A model generated the notes under the pieces. It was given only the letters and a program-made list of their open reading frames with translations. It searched no databases and was not told the origin of the DNA. A stretch of DNA of 54,362 bases, counting the filler, from Trichosphaerium sp. ATCC 40318 (taxonomy: Eukaryota > Protista > Tubulinea), in the NCBI GenBank assembly GCA_038496445.1. It is 2 parts of 2 records of this genome, joined end to end, with 100 filler letters (N's around TTAATTAATTAA, not from the genome) between each part and the next. Parts side by side here need not be neighbours in the genome. Positions count along the whole stretch, not along the records: positions 1 to 30,818 come from JALMLS010000348.1; positions 30,919 to 54,362 come from JALMLS010000506.1. One strand, given 5' to 3'. Positions within the stretch are counted from its first letter, which is position 1. The number at the start of each line of letters is the position of its first letter. The position numbers and the translations under genes are program-made. Below are positions 22,619-35,689 of the stretch, one piece after another.

Positions 22619-23793
22619 ATGAAATCCTTAACAGACAATAAAAGCGACAACGGCGAACTTCCTCGAGTAAAATTAGTAATATTTGGAGATAGTGCTGTTG
22701 GTAAAACAACATTTTACGTGAAAGCTCATTAAATACCTCGTATCTTGCGTCTTCATTCTTTTGAGGGTATGTTACACCGTAAGCTAACTTAGACACAGGT
22801 AAAACAAGCTTACTGAGCAGAATAGCCTTAAGTACGTCCAGAGTATTCAATCACCAGTAAAAACAGTACCAGAGAGGTTTCCGTCGGGTTACACTCCGAC
22901 AGTATTAGAAAATAATGTGTACGCAGAGCATTGAGGCTTTTATCTCAGTTTTTCTTGTCTCACGTGACCTGGCTTTAGTATACATTTGGACACTATGTAA
23001 CATTTTTTTTCTGTCCTTTAGACTTTACTTATTCTCTTAGGATGCATGTCAACACATGTGGACATAAGATAGAACTAGGTTCGTTGCTTTGTTTATAGTA
23101 ACTCATGTTGTACGTTATATAGGCTTGTGGGATACTGCAGGGCCTGAAAAATATGACAGGATTCGATCAGTGAGCTACACCAATGCTTATGTAAGCTATA
23201 GTTAGTTGTGAAGTATCTGTTGTTAATTCTTTGCTTTCTGTAGAGTGTAGCGATAATTGCTTTCAGTCTCGTAAACAGGACTAGTTATGAAAATGTATTG
23301 ACAAAGGTAAGCCACATTGTGCACTTAATTATTGCCACAATTTTTTGTTTAACACAAGAGTAACTAAGCTAATGATCTCGTTTGCGTTGCAAAGTGCTAC
23401 CCTGAACTTAGATATTATCGCCCAAATGTACCTGTTGTATTGGTTGGTACAAAGCTAGACTTAAGGGAGTTGCACTCAATGGATAGAGGCCATAAACGCA
23501 CAGAGAAAGCCATCACAAGAGAAGAAGGAATACATTTAGCAGAAAAAATTGGTGTATGTACTGCCACATTTCCGCCCATTGTTCTAAACTTACTCGCTGT
23601 GATTTAGGCTCATAGTTATGTTGAAGTGAGTTCAAAAACAGGTGACGGGGCAGAAGAATGTATGTTTGCACCTTAGTCTGAATACTAAACTATTTTTGTA
23701 GTACTATGCCAAGTATCAGAAGCTGGTTGGTTATTCAGCCATCACAAGGGAACAACAGAAAATAAATCCGATAAAACATGTGCTGTCATGTGA
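22619..23793 (+). CDS. Rho/Rac-family small GTPase, divergent, multi-exon, CAAX = CAVM
   Basis: [66 protein letters not shown]. Confidence 0.9.
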
Positions 23794-24166
23794 CTAGTCA
23801 CGGGAAGCAACACTTTGTAACTTTTTTTGTAATTTCATGAGAATTTTCGACACTACATTTTTTTATTGAATAAAACACTCCTGTGCGCGATATCCATGTA
23901 AAACTGAGGGCTCTTTTACCTTTCTTTGTGTTTTGACAAAAGCTAAACAGTATATAGCTAAATTTCCTGCCTAACCATACCAGGGCACCAGGCAACAGCG
24001 TGTGATGACATATAAGAAGTAGGAGATTATTATCACGTGATAAACAGAAACCAAAACAAGTTTGATTGTGAATCCAGGTATTAAGTCACTACCACTTCCA
24101 AAACGCGTTAATTACACCTAAAAAGCCTAGCAAGTTCTTTTAGGTTCTGTTTACGCCAATTACAAT

Positions 24167-26196
24167 ATGGAGGAGAGACAGATTTTAATATTAGTATTGT
24201 TGGCCATGATTACGCTTACGCAGTGTGCGTATAGTTTTGTTTGAAAAAATACTAAATTAGTGTTGTAAAAGAAAGTTCCTCTTACAAACTTTTGCTCTTA
24301 ATTTTATTGTAAGGTACTCCTGCTGGTATGGTAGCTCATTTTGAAAGTGAAGGAAACCAACGTTTTAGTTTCAATGATGGTATACGCGTTGACGGCGAAA
24401 ATTTTAGCAATTACAGCGTAATATCAGTTGGTGCATGGGTAAAATATAGTATTACCTGGTTAGTTCGTACTTTGTCGTCGTTACTCTCGAATAATTTCTG
24501 TGCACTTATTTTTGTTTTTTTTGGCGTTTTGCCCACGTGCTTTTCTTCTTTTTTCGATATCTCTTTATCTGATGTAAGTAGGCCTTGTCCAACCAGTAGT
24601 AATTGTCCATTGTATACTATATTTTCAACAAAGCCTTCGGGAACAGCTGGTAGCTATGGATCCATGATTTATGTTGGAAGCTATAGCCGAACCTCTTACC
24701 CTCGGCAACTCACATTTGAGACCTATGACACAAGTTTCAGAAAGTACCCCAGCAGTTCTTTTAACCCAGCGATTCACCCACAAGTCATGCTACAACAATG
24801 GGTATGGCTTACTCACTTTAAGACGTTTGTAGCTAACCCAATATAATATTAGACGTATGTTTATTTTTCACGTGATTTGAACCAAAATAGAATAAATATA
24901 AAGGCATTGGACGGTACAATAGTGAAAACTGCAACTACCTCCGCCTTTACATTATCTCCATCACAAAGAGTACGTAGCTAACACTTTAATTCCACACCTA
25001 TTAAGTACAAACATAGGAGTACTTTACAATTGGTTGCTTATCTAATCATTTGGACGCTCCTGCGTACGGGTTCTATGTGCGTTCACAAGAGTGCTATAAA
25101 ACGCCTAGATATATTAATGAGCACAATTAGGGTGACATTGACGACGTGGGTATATGGAAAAGGTGCTGTTTGTCTTTTGTTTAATTTAATTAAAGTTTGA
25201 CAGGGAACTATCGGATGATGAGATTATTGAACGAGCAATGAACCCTGATGTGCACTTAGCAGACGAAGATTTGCTTTACTTTTTTGACTTTGAAAAGGAT
25301 TATCAACCCACTATTAATGCGACCATTGTGACTGCGTCCACATTTGGCAACTCTTACGTTCAGCGAGTGGACTCGTACGTTTAGTTGAACGACATAGTTT
25401 CCGTTCTAAATTACATTAGTACGATTCCTGCTCGTCCAACAATTTCTCCAACCATGTTACCTACCTCATCTCCTACAGTTTCTCCTTCCAACTTACCAAC
25501 AAATCCTCCTACCACAGCATTTAATCCTACACCTCAACCTTCTACAGCAGTACCAAGCACACCTTCCGAACCTGTGATACAAATTAACATAGAAGTAAAT
25601 AAAGTCATAGTATTCAATGGAGATTATGTGCTTAGTCCAAACCATACACTCACCTTTCGTAAAGGAGGGCATATGAACATTACAGGTATTTATGAGATAC
25701 AAGTAGACCGGTTTCTTTTCTTTTAACAACTGTAGGCTGCTTTAATCCTTCAGGAAGTCTTATTGTTCACACGGATGACAAGGAAAGTACCGAGCATACT
25801 TTATTTGAGTACTCATGCTTGAATCACACTGATGGCTTCTCAAACATTGAAGTTATTCACAGTGACAGCTGTAAAACATCAGAGTATGAACAAAAGTGGG
25901 CTACATCCAAGTTCTCACTTGTTGTCACTATCAATAACACGTGTTCTCATTGGTGGACATACTTGATCATTGCCATTGTCGTTTTAGTGATACTCTCGAT
26001 AATAATACTAATAGTCGTTGCATACTATGTACCGGTACAGTGTTACAACAAACAAACTACTTGAAGCATATTGTACTAATGTTTTGTATTGAACTAGGCA
26101 TTCAGAAAAAGATTATTTCCTTTCAAAGTGCGAGATGTATTTAATAGAGAAGTGGGGACTGCTAAACATTTTGATGAAACAGAAAATTCTTCGTAG
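24167..26196 (+). CDS. Type I membrane protein: signal peptide, LamG/concanavalin-like domain, PT/PS stalk, TM, short tail
   Basis: MEERQILILVLLAMITLTQC, ISVGAWVK, F(Y)GDIDDVGIWKRELSDDEI (LamG-like), PTISPTMLPTSSPT stalk and a TM helix WWTYLIIAIVVLVILSIIILIVVAYY. Confidence 0.8.
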
Positions 26197-26592
26197 TTAG
26201 CACGTGGTCCTTATTCCATTTAGAAATAAATTTAGAGTTACATCAACCATTTTATTTTATGCTTGAAATTACATAAATAGGCATTTGCTGTACAGCTCCG
26301 CCAAAAAAATAGTGTTGGAGTAGAAGTCAACAGATTACCAGCAAATGAACTGAAATGAACCATACTTTAATGAAATGATTGAAAGCGCTTTGTAGTATAC
26401 AATAGCCAGGTTCTAAAACAATGAGCAAAGTAATACCAACGTGCTTTTTGGGTCATCCTTTTGCTTTATGGTACTCACAAAGATCTCAAATCACTCATTA
26501 TGTGGTTGACAGGGAGTTTTTTAAAGCTGCCTTTGCTTGTTGTCGCCTTGAGAGGGGTGAAGCTACTCCAAGTTCTTGCAAAGGTACACTTC

Positions 26593-27469
26593 TCAGATAT
26601 CATCATCTTCTGGAAGTAATGGTACTTTATAAATATTTTCTCGATCAATCTCTAATTGATTTCTTTGTTCTTCTGTTAAAATAATAGCAGGTGGTCCTAG
26701 TGCCATGCCTGTAACTAGTTCAAGCTTATGGTCTCTATAACACGAGTTAGAGATAAGAAAGAAGCTAGAAATAAACTAAAAAAAGTCATACCCAGACAGT
26801 ATTTGAAGAATGCTTATGAATGGTTTCTCGATATTGTAGTTTGCTTTTACTGATGTTTCATAATACGGTATATCTTTTTTTCTGTGGAAAGTTATATAGC
26901 GCGGTTTAACCTAAAGCAAAAGGCCAGTTAGTATCAAGAACATCTCAAAAAAAAAAAACTCAACTATTTCATACTTTTCTTTCTTTGATATCAACTTTGT
27001 TTCCAATCATGACTATTGGTATCTTACCACAAACCCTTATTATATCTTTATACCACATATGTACATGTTTGTATGTCATTCTTGAAGTCACATCGAACAT
27101 AACAATGCCGGCAGCTGCATCAAAACTAAACAAGAAAAACATAAATATTTTTGTTGACAACTAAGACTTACAAATATGAATCTCGTAGTCTATATTGCCC
27201 GGCTGCATCCCACACGTTTAAAACAACTAATCCACGTGTTGTATACCAAGTCATAGGATGCACTTCAACACCTATTGTGGGATAGTATCTTCTGTCAAAC
27301 TCACAACCTTGCAGCCTCCTAACAAGTGAAGTCTTTCCTACACCTCCATCGCCACAAATAACAATCTTGAACTGAGGAATTTTGCTCTAAACAAAAACAA
27401 AGTCAGACACTGATTATTTACTTGTATATGTCTCACAGGAACCGTTGAAAATGCTGGTGTTGTTGCCAT
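26593..27469 (-). CDS. ran: Ran GTPase paralog (divergent), multi-exon
   Basis: [73 protein letters not shown] and acidic tail PLPEDDDI*. Confidence 0.9.
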
Positions 27470-27721
27470 CTATATGTTATGAAGTAACTAAAAAAGCTCT
27501 TTCTGCGCAATTTCTGGTAGAACCTTCTAGAAGCATGTGACTGTTTATATTCACTTAACCATTGCTGTAAATCGTAATTAACGTTGTAACCTTGGTCGTT
27601 AAGAATAGCTTGGCAGTACCAGTGTATCCAGTAGTCATAATCAATCCGTTTTAGCGAGATTCGGTTAAAAGTACGCTTCTTTACATTGAAACAGGCGTAT
27701 AGTCGTCACAACGGTTCTTCG

Positions 27722-29421
27722 ATGGCGAGTATCAAGGCATACGTTCCCTCCGAACTGTACAACACGCTAGAAGCGAACTTACAAAGATTAGATAATTTCG
27801 CTCGACGAACTGTATGCTGGAGGCACTAAAGCCGTCTCAGAGTTTACTGATAGCGTAATTAAACGTGGATTTGCATTTTTAAGCCTTCAAAAGGAAGAAA
27901 AAACCACAAAATTGGCACAAGACAATATAAACCGTACAGTTACCGCCTGTAACGGTTTCTTCTCAGCAAATGACAATTACAAGCAACACTACTTCTTTCC
28001 TCCTGTATTTGGGTACACGTCGTTGCCTCACAAGGAAGGATTTCGATATTTGACAGGGAGGTAATGTTTGGTTTTTTTTTTTTTGTAAGTTTTTTTGGCT
28101 AAGTTTCTTTTTGCAAGTCATTTCGTCTATGGTATTATGCCGAATCACTTTCAGAATGTGTTAAGTGTATTCTTGGCTATGGAAGAAGTGTTGATTAAAA
28201 TAACTGGTCACGTGGCGAAAGGTAAAAAGTGGTTCTGTGCTTCAACAGATGAGTCTGTTTTTAGCTAATGCTTATACTTGTTTTTAAGACTTATTTGGTG
28301 TTACTGTTAATGAGCTTGGTAAAAAGAAGTCTTTACCTTGTCTTCAAGAAGACGACAAAGAAAAGCACTATGCAATGGTAGATATTGTTAAATATTACAA
28401 TAAAGGCACGTGCCTTCGAAACGAACATAATTGCAGCTACTAACGTTAAAAAAAAGAAATCTTAGATTCAACAAATAAAAAAGTGCCTGAGATGAACTGT
28501 ATGGAGCATTATGATCCAGGTACTGTTTAATTTTATACATTGAGCTAGTTTACCTTAAAGTTGCTGATAGTTCAAGGTCTGTTTTCGTTAAACATTGTTT
28601 CCACTGAACCTGGGCTTCAACTTTTTGATCACAACTCAAACATATGGGTCGATTGTCCGCCTGACACTGCTGTAATATGGTGCGGTAAAGCTGCAGTTGA
28701 AGCTTCAAATGGTCGTATTAAACCTGGTAAACACCGCGTTCTGTACTCGGAAAAACCCAGAATCACTATTTGGCTTGAGGTGCGTTTCAGTATGTTTTTA
28801 TTCATCATGGTATTACTCGTTGCAAATTGCTTCAAACTGATGAAAACCATTACTTCTGTTGGATATTTATACCTGTTGTAGCTTATTACCTCAAACCAAG
28901 TACCACCAGAGACTCATGAGAAAGGTATATTAGCTTTTGATACAAGGAAGAAAGACGAGGTCGCTGATAAGATGATTACTGCTGAAATGTACGATGATTG
29001 GTTTGAAATCGAAAAAGTGACTGGTATTCCGTACGTGTATTGTTTTGTGAACTACAGCGTTGTGTAATTTGATAAAACATAATTTTTACAAGTAATTTAT
29101 GACAGTGTGTTCTCTCGTATACTGTATGATTTATCTTAAAATTTTCTTGCTTTTTTTTTGTTTTTTTTTTCTTAGTCTAACAAAAATAGTTGGTCCAAAC
29201 GCCGTAACAGATGGGTACCAGAAGCCAAAAAAGCTTTTGAAAAACGTACTAATATGAAGGCTGTAACATATAGAGAACATAGAAGAGGAGCAAAAACGAC
29301 TCCAATAGCACAAAATGCTCAGCCAACTAAAATAAATTGTAGCTTAGGATTGAAGAACTTCGGTTGTATTAAAGCATTTTTATTTCCAGTCTGCAAACAA
29401 GAAACAATTGGAACGAGTTAG
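27722..29421 (+). CDS. 2OG-Fe(II) oxygenase (isopenicillin N synthase-like), multi-exon
   Basis: CMEHYDPGLFSLNIVSTEPGLQL...WVDCP...VIWCG...SNGRIKPGKHRV...RITIW (HxD...H...R). The 3' end is approximate. Confidence 0.85.
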
Positions 29422-29625
29422 TTATAAGACTTCCAGTAACACTTCCGCCTGCCAAAATCCGTTAACGTTAAATTAAATTCTTGATAACTTGTGTGATGTT
29501 ACCAGAAAACTCGGTGAATTTTAGGACTTTTTTAACTGACATTTGGACATTGTTGTGCACTATTCATTGCATCTCAATTCAGTTGGTTTAAAAAAACGTG
29601 ACGAGGAGCTAATAAACTGAAAAAC

Positions 29626-30810
29626 ATGGATATGCTACCTCTTGAGCTGTGGGTGGCTATTACGACTAAAATGGATAGAAAAACGGCTAGTGTTGCTTGT
29701 TGGTATCTTATTATCGTTTAGATCGTGAAAACATGCTTATCATTACTGTTAGCGTTTGTAAACTACTTCATGAGTTGTGTTGGGATGAATTAATAATACG
29801 TATCGGCTATACGCGCTTCACGTACGTTTAAGACGTAAAGGTGGCCAACTGGATCCTTTTGAAGGTGTTTTAGTAATTCAAATGCGTAGCGCTGCACGAA
29901 TAGCACAAGACGGCTCAGTTTCCATCATTTTAGGTTCCTTATACGTTAATAGTGCCATAGTCGCATCCTAAACCTCATAGATAAGCCTAGTACCCTCTAC
30001 GAAGTAGGGAATGGTGTTGTATTCACTCAGCCTAAACCCAAAATGACGCCAAGTTTCAAGTTGGAAGATGACGAATCATTAGATCCAGAGATGGTCTACA
30101 ACTTTCTTATCAATGCCATCGACCTTTCTATACGCTCTGCAAGAATCAAAGGTAACGGTGTATCTATTGTGCTCCAAGAGATTTGACGAACGTTGAAGGA
30201 AGGCATCCAATGCGTCTGATAGTTGTTGTGCCCAAAACGTTTACTGTTTTTCGGAGGACCTTGGTTCTTCAAGCGACACAGGAGCTCGGACATAAAGTAT
30301 TGCGTATTGTAACAGATTCAACTTGTGCTGTTATTGGCTTTTTACTTAGCAAACCTGAGTTGCAAAAGGTGCGAGCATTGTTAATGAATCACGTGATTTT
30401 GTTTCAAAAACAACTTAATATTTCGTCAATGTATTTTTTCATTATAAATGTCTTTAGGCCTTAGTTTGTGTATCTGTATTGAATGAAACAGATTCCCGAT
30501 CCAAAACACTATGGGAAATTGATGAGGTAGCTAAGTTAACTGAGCTCGTTAAATCACAGCTTTGACACCTTAGAGATCTAACTATATTGTAGGGTGTTGT
30601 GGAGGAGAAGGCATGTTTTGACAAACCTCCTGAAGAGTATCATCTGGTTGTGTACTCAAATGAATCTAAGAAGATAGATATTGACGGTGGACCTTACTCA
30701 AAAGTGTATAGGTTTAACGAAAAAACAGAAGAGGAGCACACACTTGCAGTTGCGTTTGAAAAAAAAAAAAGAAAAATTTTTTCGAAAAGTTGTATTTTTC
30801 CATCTTGTAA
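29626..30810 (+). CDS. F-box protein fused to a degenerate Hsp70 nucleotide-binding-domain-like segment, running into the gap
   Basis: MDMLPLELWVAITTKMD...VCKLLHELCW (F-box), then LDPEMVYNFLINAI...IVVVPKTFTVFRRTLVLQATQELGHKVLRIVTDSTCAVIGF, compared with Hsp70 [38 protein letters not shown]. Confidence 0.7.
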
Positions 30811-30818
30811 TTAATCAA

Positions 30819-30918
30819 NNNNNNNNNNNNNNNNNNNNNNNNNNNNNNNNNNNNNNNNNNNNTTAATTAATTAANNNNNNNNNNNNNNNNNNNNNNNNNN
30901 NNNNNNNNNNNNNNNNNN
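30819..30918. other. Artificial contig spacer (44 N, TTAATTAATTAA six-frame stop, 44 N)
   Basis: Exactly 100 bp, symmetric, with an all-frame stop linker. Confidence 0.95.
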
Positions 30919-33900
30919 TGTCTTAAACTCACCTAATTAACGTTATTAAAACCATGAGTAAGCGGTAATCCAAAAAACTGACCATCGTCTCCTCTTAAGA
31001 AAAGTGTGACTGTATTTTGTTGTGCACAGTTCGCTTCTATTGTTCTACCATCGGGGACCTTGACAAAGCTTTAATATCTACCACAGATACCACTAATTTG
31101 TTTCGTACATCTAAGAGATATACAGCATTTTCAGGAAGACCAGGAGATGCTAAAACTGCCATTTTGTATACTCCTGCAGTGCGTGGGTGGAACTTGAAGA
31201 ACGTGAGTATAAATGTATTAGATGACTATACCGTACTTTTAAAGTATAAGTTCCATCGTCATTATCCTCACTATTAACTTTAACATCACCAGGACCTAGA
31301 TAGCATAAATTTAACCAAGTGACAACAATGACAGTTTAACAGGACTGAAGCTATACCAGATATGTGAGCTGATACATCTGAACCACCATAGTCTAATAGC
31401 CTGTTTTTATAATCAAGCAACCTTATAACTGCTGAATTATCTTGATCTCTTAACGCTATGATAACAGGTGGACATTTAATAACATCAACCTTAAAAGTTT
31501 GTTAATCATACGATGAAACGTCTCATTCTAAAAAAGAAAGGCTGTTGGATTTTTTGGGCGTCATTCCACCTTTCGCTCACCTTAAAAGGGGAGCCGGTAA
31601 TATGGCGGTTTTCATCACCTAGACAAGTAAGTAAGTAAGGTTTTCATGCAAAAAACTCACCTTCATCAATCGTTATTGAGATCTCTGTTGGACCTGGTGT
31701 TTTAGGGAAATAATGGATAGTGCTTGCTAGACTATCATCTATTGGTACAATACCATATTTGACAGTATTATCACCTTGCTTGATAGCAACAGATATGAGT
31801 GTTTCATCGTATTTCAAAGCTTGTCCGTCATCGGACTTAATGTCAAGTTGAAATGTTCCTTTCATTCCAGCATACACTTTTTTTAGTCCACTTCCGCTCG
31901 CACTTGAAGCGCTTGCTTTTGGGAAAGGTTTATCATTAGGTGATACATCAACATCAAAAGGAGAGTCTTTGATAGCTTCTCCATTGAGTGTTATAGACAA
32001 GTGATGAGCACCAGTTGTAAACGCTATAAAAAAAAGGAAAAAAGTAAGAAAAAAAGTAACAAAACGTCCAGAGACAATCTCTAACTTTAAACGACGATAC
32101 TAGCCAATGATGTGGGTATCGTTGCTTAATTAAAAAAATAGTACTGTAGCGTATTGCACGTACGTGTGTATTTTCCTATGTACAATCCATTTTGTTTGTC
32201 TTCAAAGTTTACAGGAGTGGAGACGTTGCCAACTGTTATTGTTCCTACAAGAAATACATTTAAAAAAAGATGGAAGTGAGTGCATGAACAACTATGTTCT
32301 TGTTTTACCTTCAACTGATGCTCCACCTATACGACACAAATCATCTAAAAAAGCAAAGGTTATTTATAGTTAAAAAACAAGTTGACATTAATGGTACCAT
32401 TTTTGTTTACTGTCTGGACTGTGACCTCTTTAGTATCCCTACAAGTTGCTTTATATATCCCATCACCTGATACATAACATTTACTTGCTACAGGCACGCT
32501 TTCTAAAGCCTATATAATCCTTTAAACTAGAAAAGGATGAAACTAATTTTTTTGTACAAGCGTTCTGTAGTAAGAAACATAACTCATAACTGAGTGTTCA
32601 TCAGCAGGTCCTTTACATAAAATAAGTATGTGTCATTCAATATTAAATTATCTTACCATCTATGATATCTTCTGGGTCAAGAAGCGCTGGAATGCCGTAT
32701 TCTTCAGTTCCTACACGGAAAACTTTCGAAATATTCCCATATGCATCCTTTTTTAAGTCATTAAACATGTGGTTTACGATATTCCTATACGCACATCTGG
32801 CATTTTATCAAGATCCATGAAGCCTGGTTTTACAGCATTTACTATTCCACAAAACGCGCGACCATCTTCCCAGCTTTGAAAAGCGTCAAAAACGTAAATG
32901 TAAAAGGTTTTTTTTTTCTCCTTTGTTTCACCTTTTTCCGAATGATGTCACAGCCATTCCTTGTGGAACCAGTACATCATTACACCAATCTAATAAAATA
33001 CTTCTCGCTTTATTTCTTTCAGAACTGCCTGCTTCATCTGCATACTCAACACCCAATATGTGATAACGAAGAATCAATGTCCACAATAACCCAAGAACTA
33101 AATTTGTTTTCTTATCGTATATATCTAGAAATACAATTACTGTACTGTACGCGCTTAAAATTGAGATGAAACGTACCTTCTGCACCTAATGATACCAATC
33201 TAATACCTTTCTTCTGAATAAACTTAAAGCAGGCATCTAAATTTGCGAGAGAATGAAGTTTGACTGCAAAGGGAGACTCAATTAGCGTTTTAAACGAAAA
33301 GTTACCAAAAAACAAAAAAGCTAATAAAAATGGCACGTGAAAGGCAACAGTTAAAAAATACTACGTCGTGACTAAAGCGTACACTCATCTCGCTTGTACT
33401 TTACGTATGAAAAAAAAAGAAATAAATCACGTGATGGTTTTTTTTTTTTCAAAACCACGTGGTTTTGAGGCGTACGCACGTGGAGGTATTTATGATGGCA
33501 CGTAATGAATATTTGAAAAAAAAGTTGGCAAAAAAACAAAAATAAAAAATACAAACTTACACTTTGGTTTGGTATTGCATTTGGGCAAAATCTCCTCTCC
33601 TGAAAGTGTCGATAATAGTATATATAATATCACACCATTTTGAAGCTATCGATAAGTAAGAAATAACAAAAAATATGATCAAGCTGATGGTATTAAAGAG
33701 ATTTAGTTATGATGATCACTTACATCATTTTCTAACTCTTTAGCGTAGACTCCCTTTTCTTCCACTTTAGAATTTAACCATCGCGTAAAAGTCTACAAAA
33801 TACGCATAAGTAACACGTTATACAGCGAACTAAATGGTCAGAAAAGTATTTTGGACATACAAAAAAAAACATTTGGAAAAAAAGATCTTACCTTTCGCTG

Positions 33901-33930
33901 TTGGACTTGCCAGCGCGGTTCAGCTGACAT
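30919..33930 (-). CDS. Filamin/gelation factor (ABP-120)-like actin cross-linker, 3' end cut by the gap
   Basis: MSAEPRWQVQQRKTFTRWLN, LQNGVILYILLSTLSGE, NLDACFKFIQKKGIRLVSLGAEDIYD..TNLVLGLLWTLILRYHI, SWEDGRAFCG, YGIPALLDPEDI (CH1-CH2), then filamin repeats (SITLNGEAIKDSPFDVDV; ASGSGLK). Confidence 0.92.
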
Positions 33931-34139
33931 TGGGTGGAAAATTTAATAAAGACAAGTTGCTTAGATTCCAAATTTACTTTAGATAAGCACTTAAGTTATG
34001 GCCACGGCCTTATTTGAACCTCACATTAATACTAGCATGTTATTCATACAAAGGATACCTTTTTTCTACGCTTACTCGTTGTGCACGTGATTTTGGTTAT
34101 TTAAACAACCAAAGCGTGGTTTTGCAACTTAAGCGGCAA

Positions 34140-34420
34140 TCAAAGCTTTACTTTCGCGATTGCTTGTTTCAGCTGGACATTTCGCAACAGATCTGAAGCC
34201 AAAACAATGATAACTATTACAAATTTATTAGATTTGCACTCAACTTTCCTTTTTCCATCTCTGTAAGACACTCGGTACTTTGGTTCGTCATTGCCACACG
34301 AGCCTTTTTCTTCGCCTTCTTTGTTGCCATTTTTGAAAGAGCATTGCATACAAACTTGGCCATTTTCATACCACTGCTTGTACTCACCATTCAATGTACC
34401 ATTAGCACACCAACGCCCAA
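34140..34420 (-). pseudogene. Short MORN2/YwqK-type repeat fragment
   Basis: NGEYKQWYENGQVCMQCSFKNGNKEGE, the same repeat family as 46741-49100. Confidence 0.65.
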
Positions 34421-35092
34421 GAATGGGTGGAGCCTAATAATTTTATTTTCAATTTTTCCTACTCTTTTCTGAAGCTTATCTAATCTTAGCTATTATTGAC
34501 GTACAATCTACAGGAAAACGTGAGACTTAGTGATAAAAATCAGGAAGCTGGAAAGGCCATTGTTAGGTTAGTTGCAATACTCGTATATTTTTTAGGATAT
34601 TCGAATTTATCTATTGGTTAGCAAATTTTCAACGGTCAAAATACAGAAAGCACAAAGTGTTCATCCTATTACTAGGGCAAACTATTCTGCCTTTTGCTAT
34701 CACGTCTGTATTTGAGACACATGTTACTTTGTGGCTAACAGATATATCTCTAACAGCGGTAGCTTCAGTAGTTGAATATTCTAAAGAGTATCTTGTATAC
34801 AAAGTTCCCTGCAGGTTTGATTATGTTGCTTTTCTTTTTTGTTCACGGTAGCTAACTTAGATCACAATTTAATTATTCATGAACAAAAAATCTTCAAACG
34901 CAAGGACATTGTATACTATAAATTATAATCACTCAGTTTAGTTATGCTTGTATGAGTTATACACTTGTTTCCAAAACAGAAAAATGTCACTTTTCCGATA
35001 GAGCCATTTTACTTTTGTAGTATTGGTATCCGGATGTAAAACACCATTTTAATCATCAACGTTACCATATCAGCCACTTGCCTACTACCAAC

Positions 35093-35689
35093 ATGCATAC
35101 TCATATACTCGTTATCTTTCTGCTCACCTGTGTACCTCATTCTCTGAGTCGTACGCCTGTAAATCAATGACTAATAAACTAACTCAACTAAGAGACAGAA
35201 GCCAATCCCACAACGCCAACAAACGCACCGTTTTCTTCACCTACAAACGCTCCTGTTGCTCCTAGTGATGCTCCTACGAACGCTCCATTCTCTCAACCAA
35301 CCAACGCTCCCTTTGTGCCTGTTGAGCAGCCTACAAACGCACCATTCTCATCTCCAACAAATGCTCCAGTTTCACCTATTGGACAACCAACGAACGCACC
35401 GTTTTCATCGCCCACTAATCCTCCGAACCCTCCACCAACAAACCCTCCTACTAACGCTCCTGTCCCTCCTCCAACAGAGCCTCCAACTAATGCCCCTTTC
35501 CCACCACCAACACAACCACCTACAAACGCACCGTTCCCACCACCTACAAATGCTCCAACAAACGCACCGTTTCCTCCACCAACACCACAGCCAACAGCAG
35601 CGCCAACAGTAGCTCCTACAGCCGGCACTGTCACAATGCATTCAATATACTTTATAGTGTTACTAGTAGTCACTTGTCTTTCATTGTAG
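35093..35689 (+). CDS. Mucin-like PTNAP-repeat surface protein, probably GPI-anchored, one intron
   Basis: MHTHILVIFLLTCVPHSLS|QTEANPTTPTNAPFSS..., many PTNAP units and a hydrophobic C-terminus SIYFIVLLVVTCLSL*. Confidence 0.8.
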
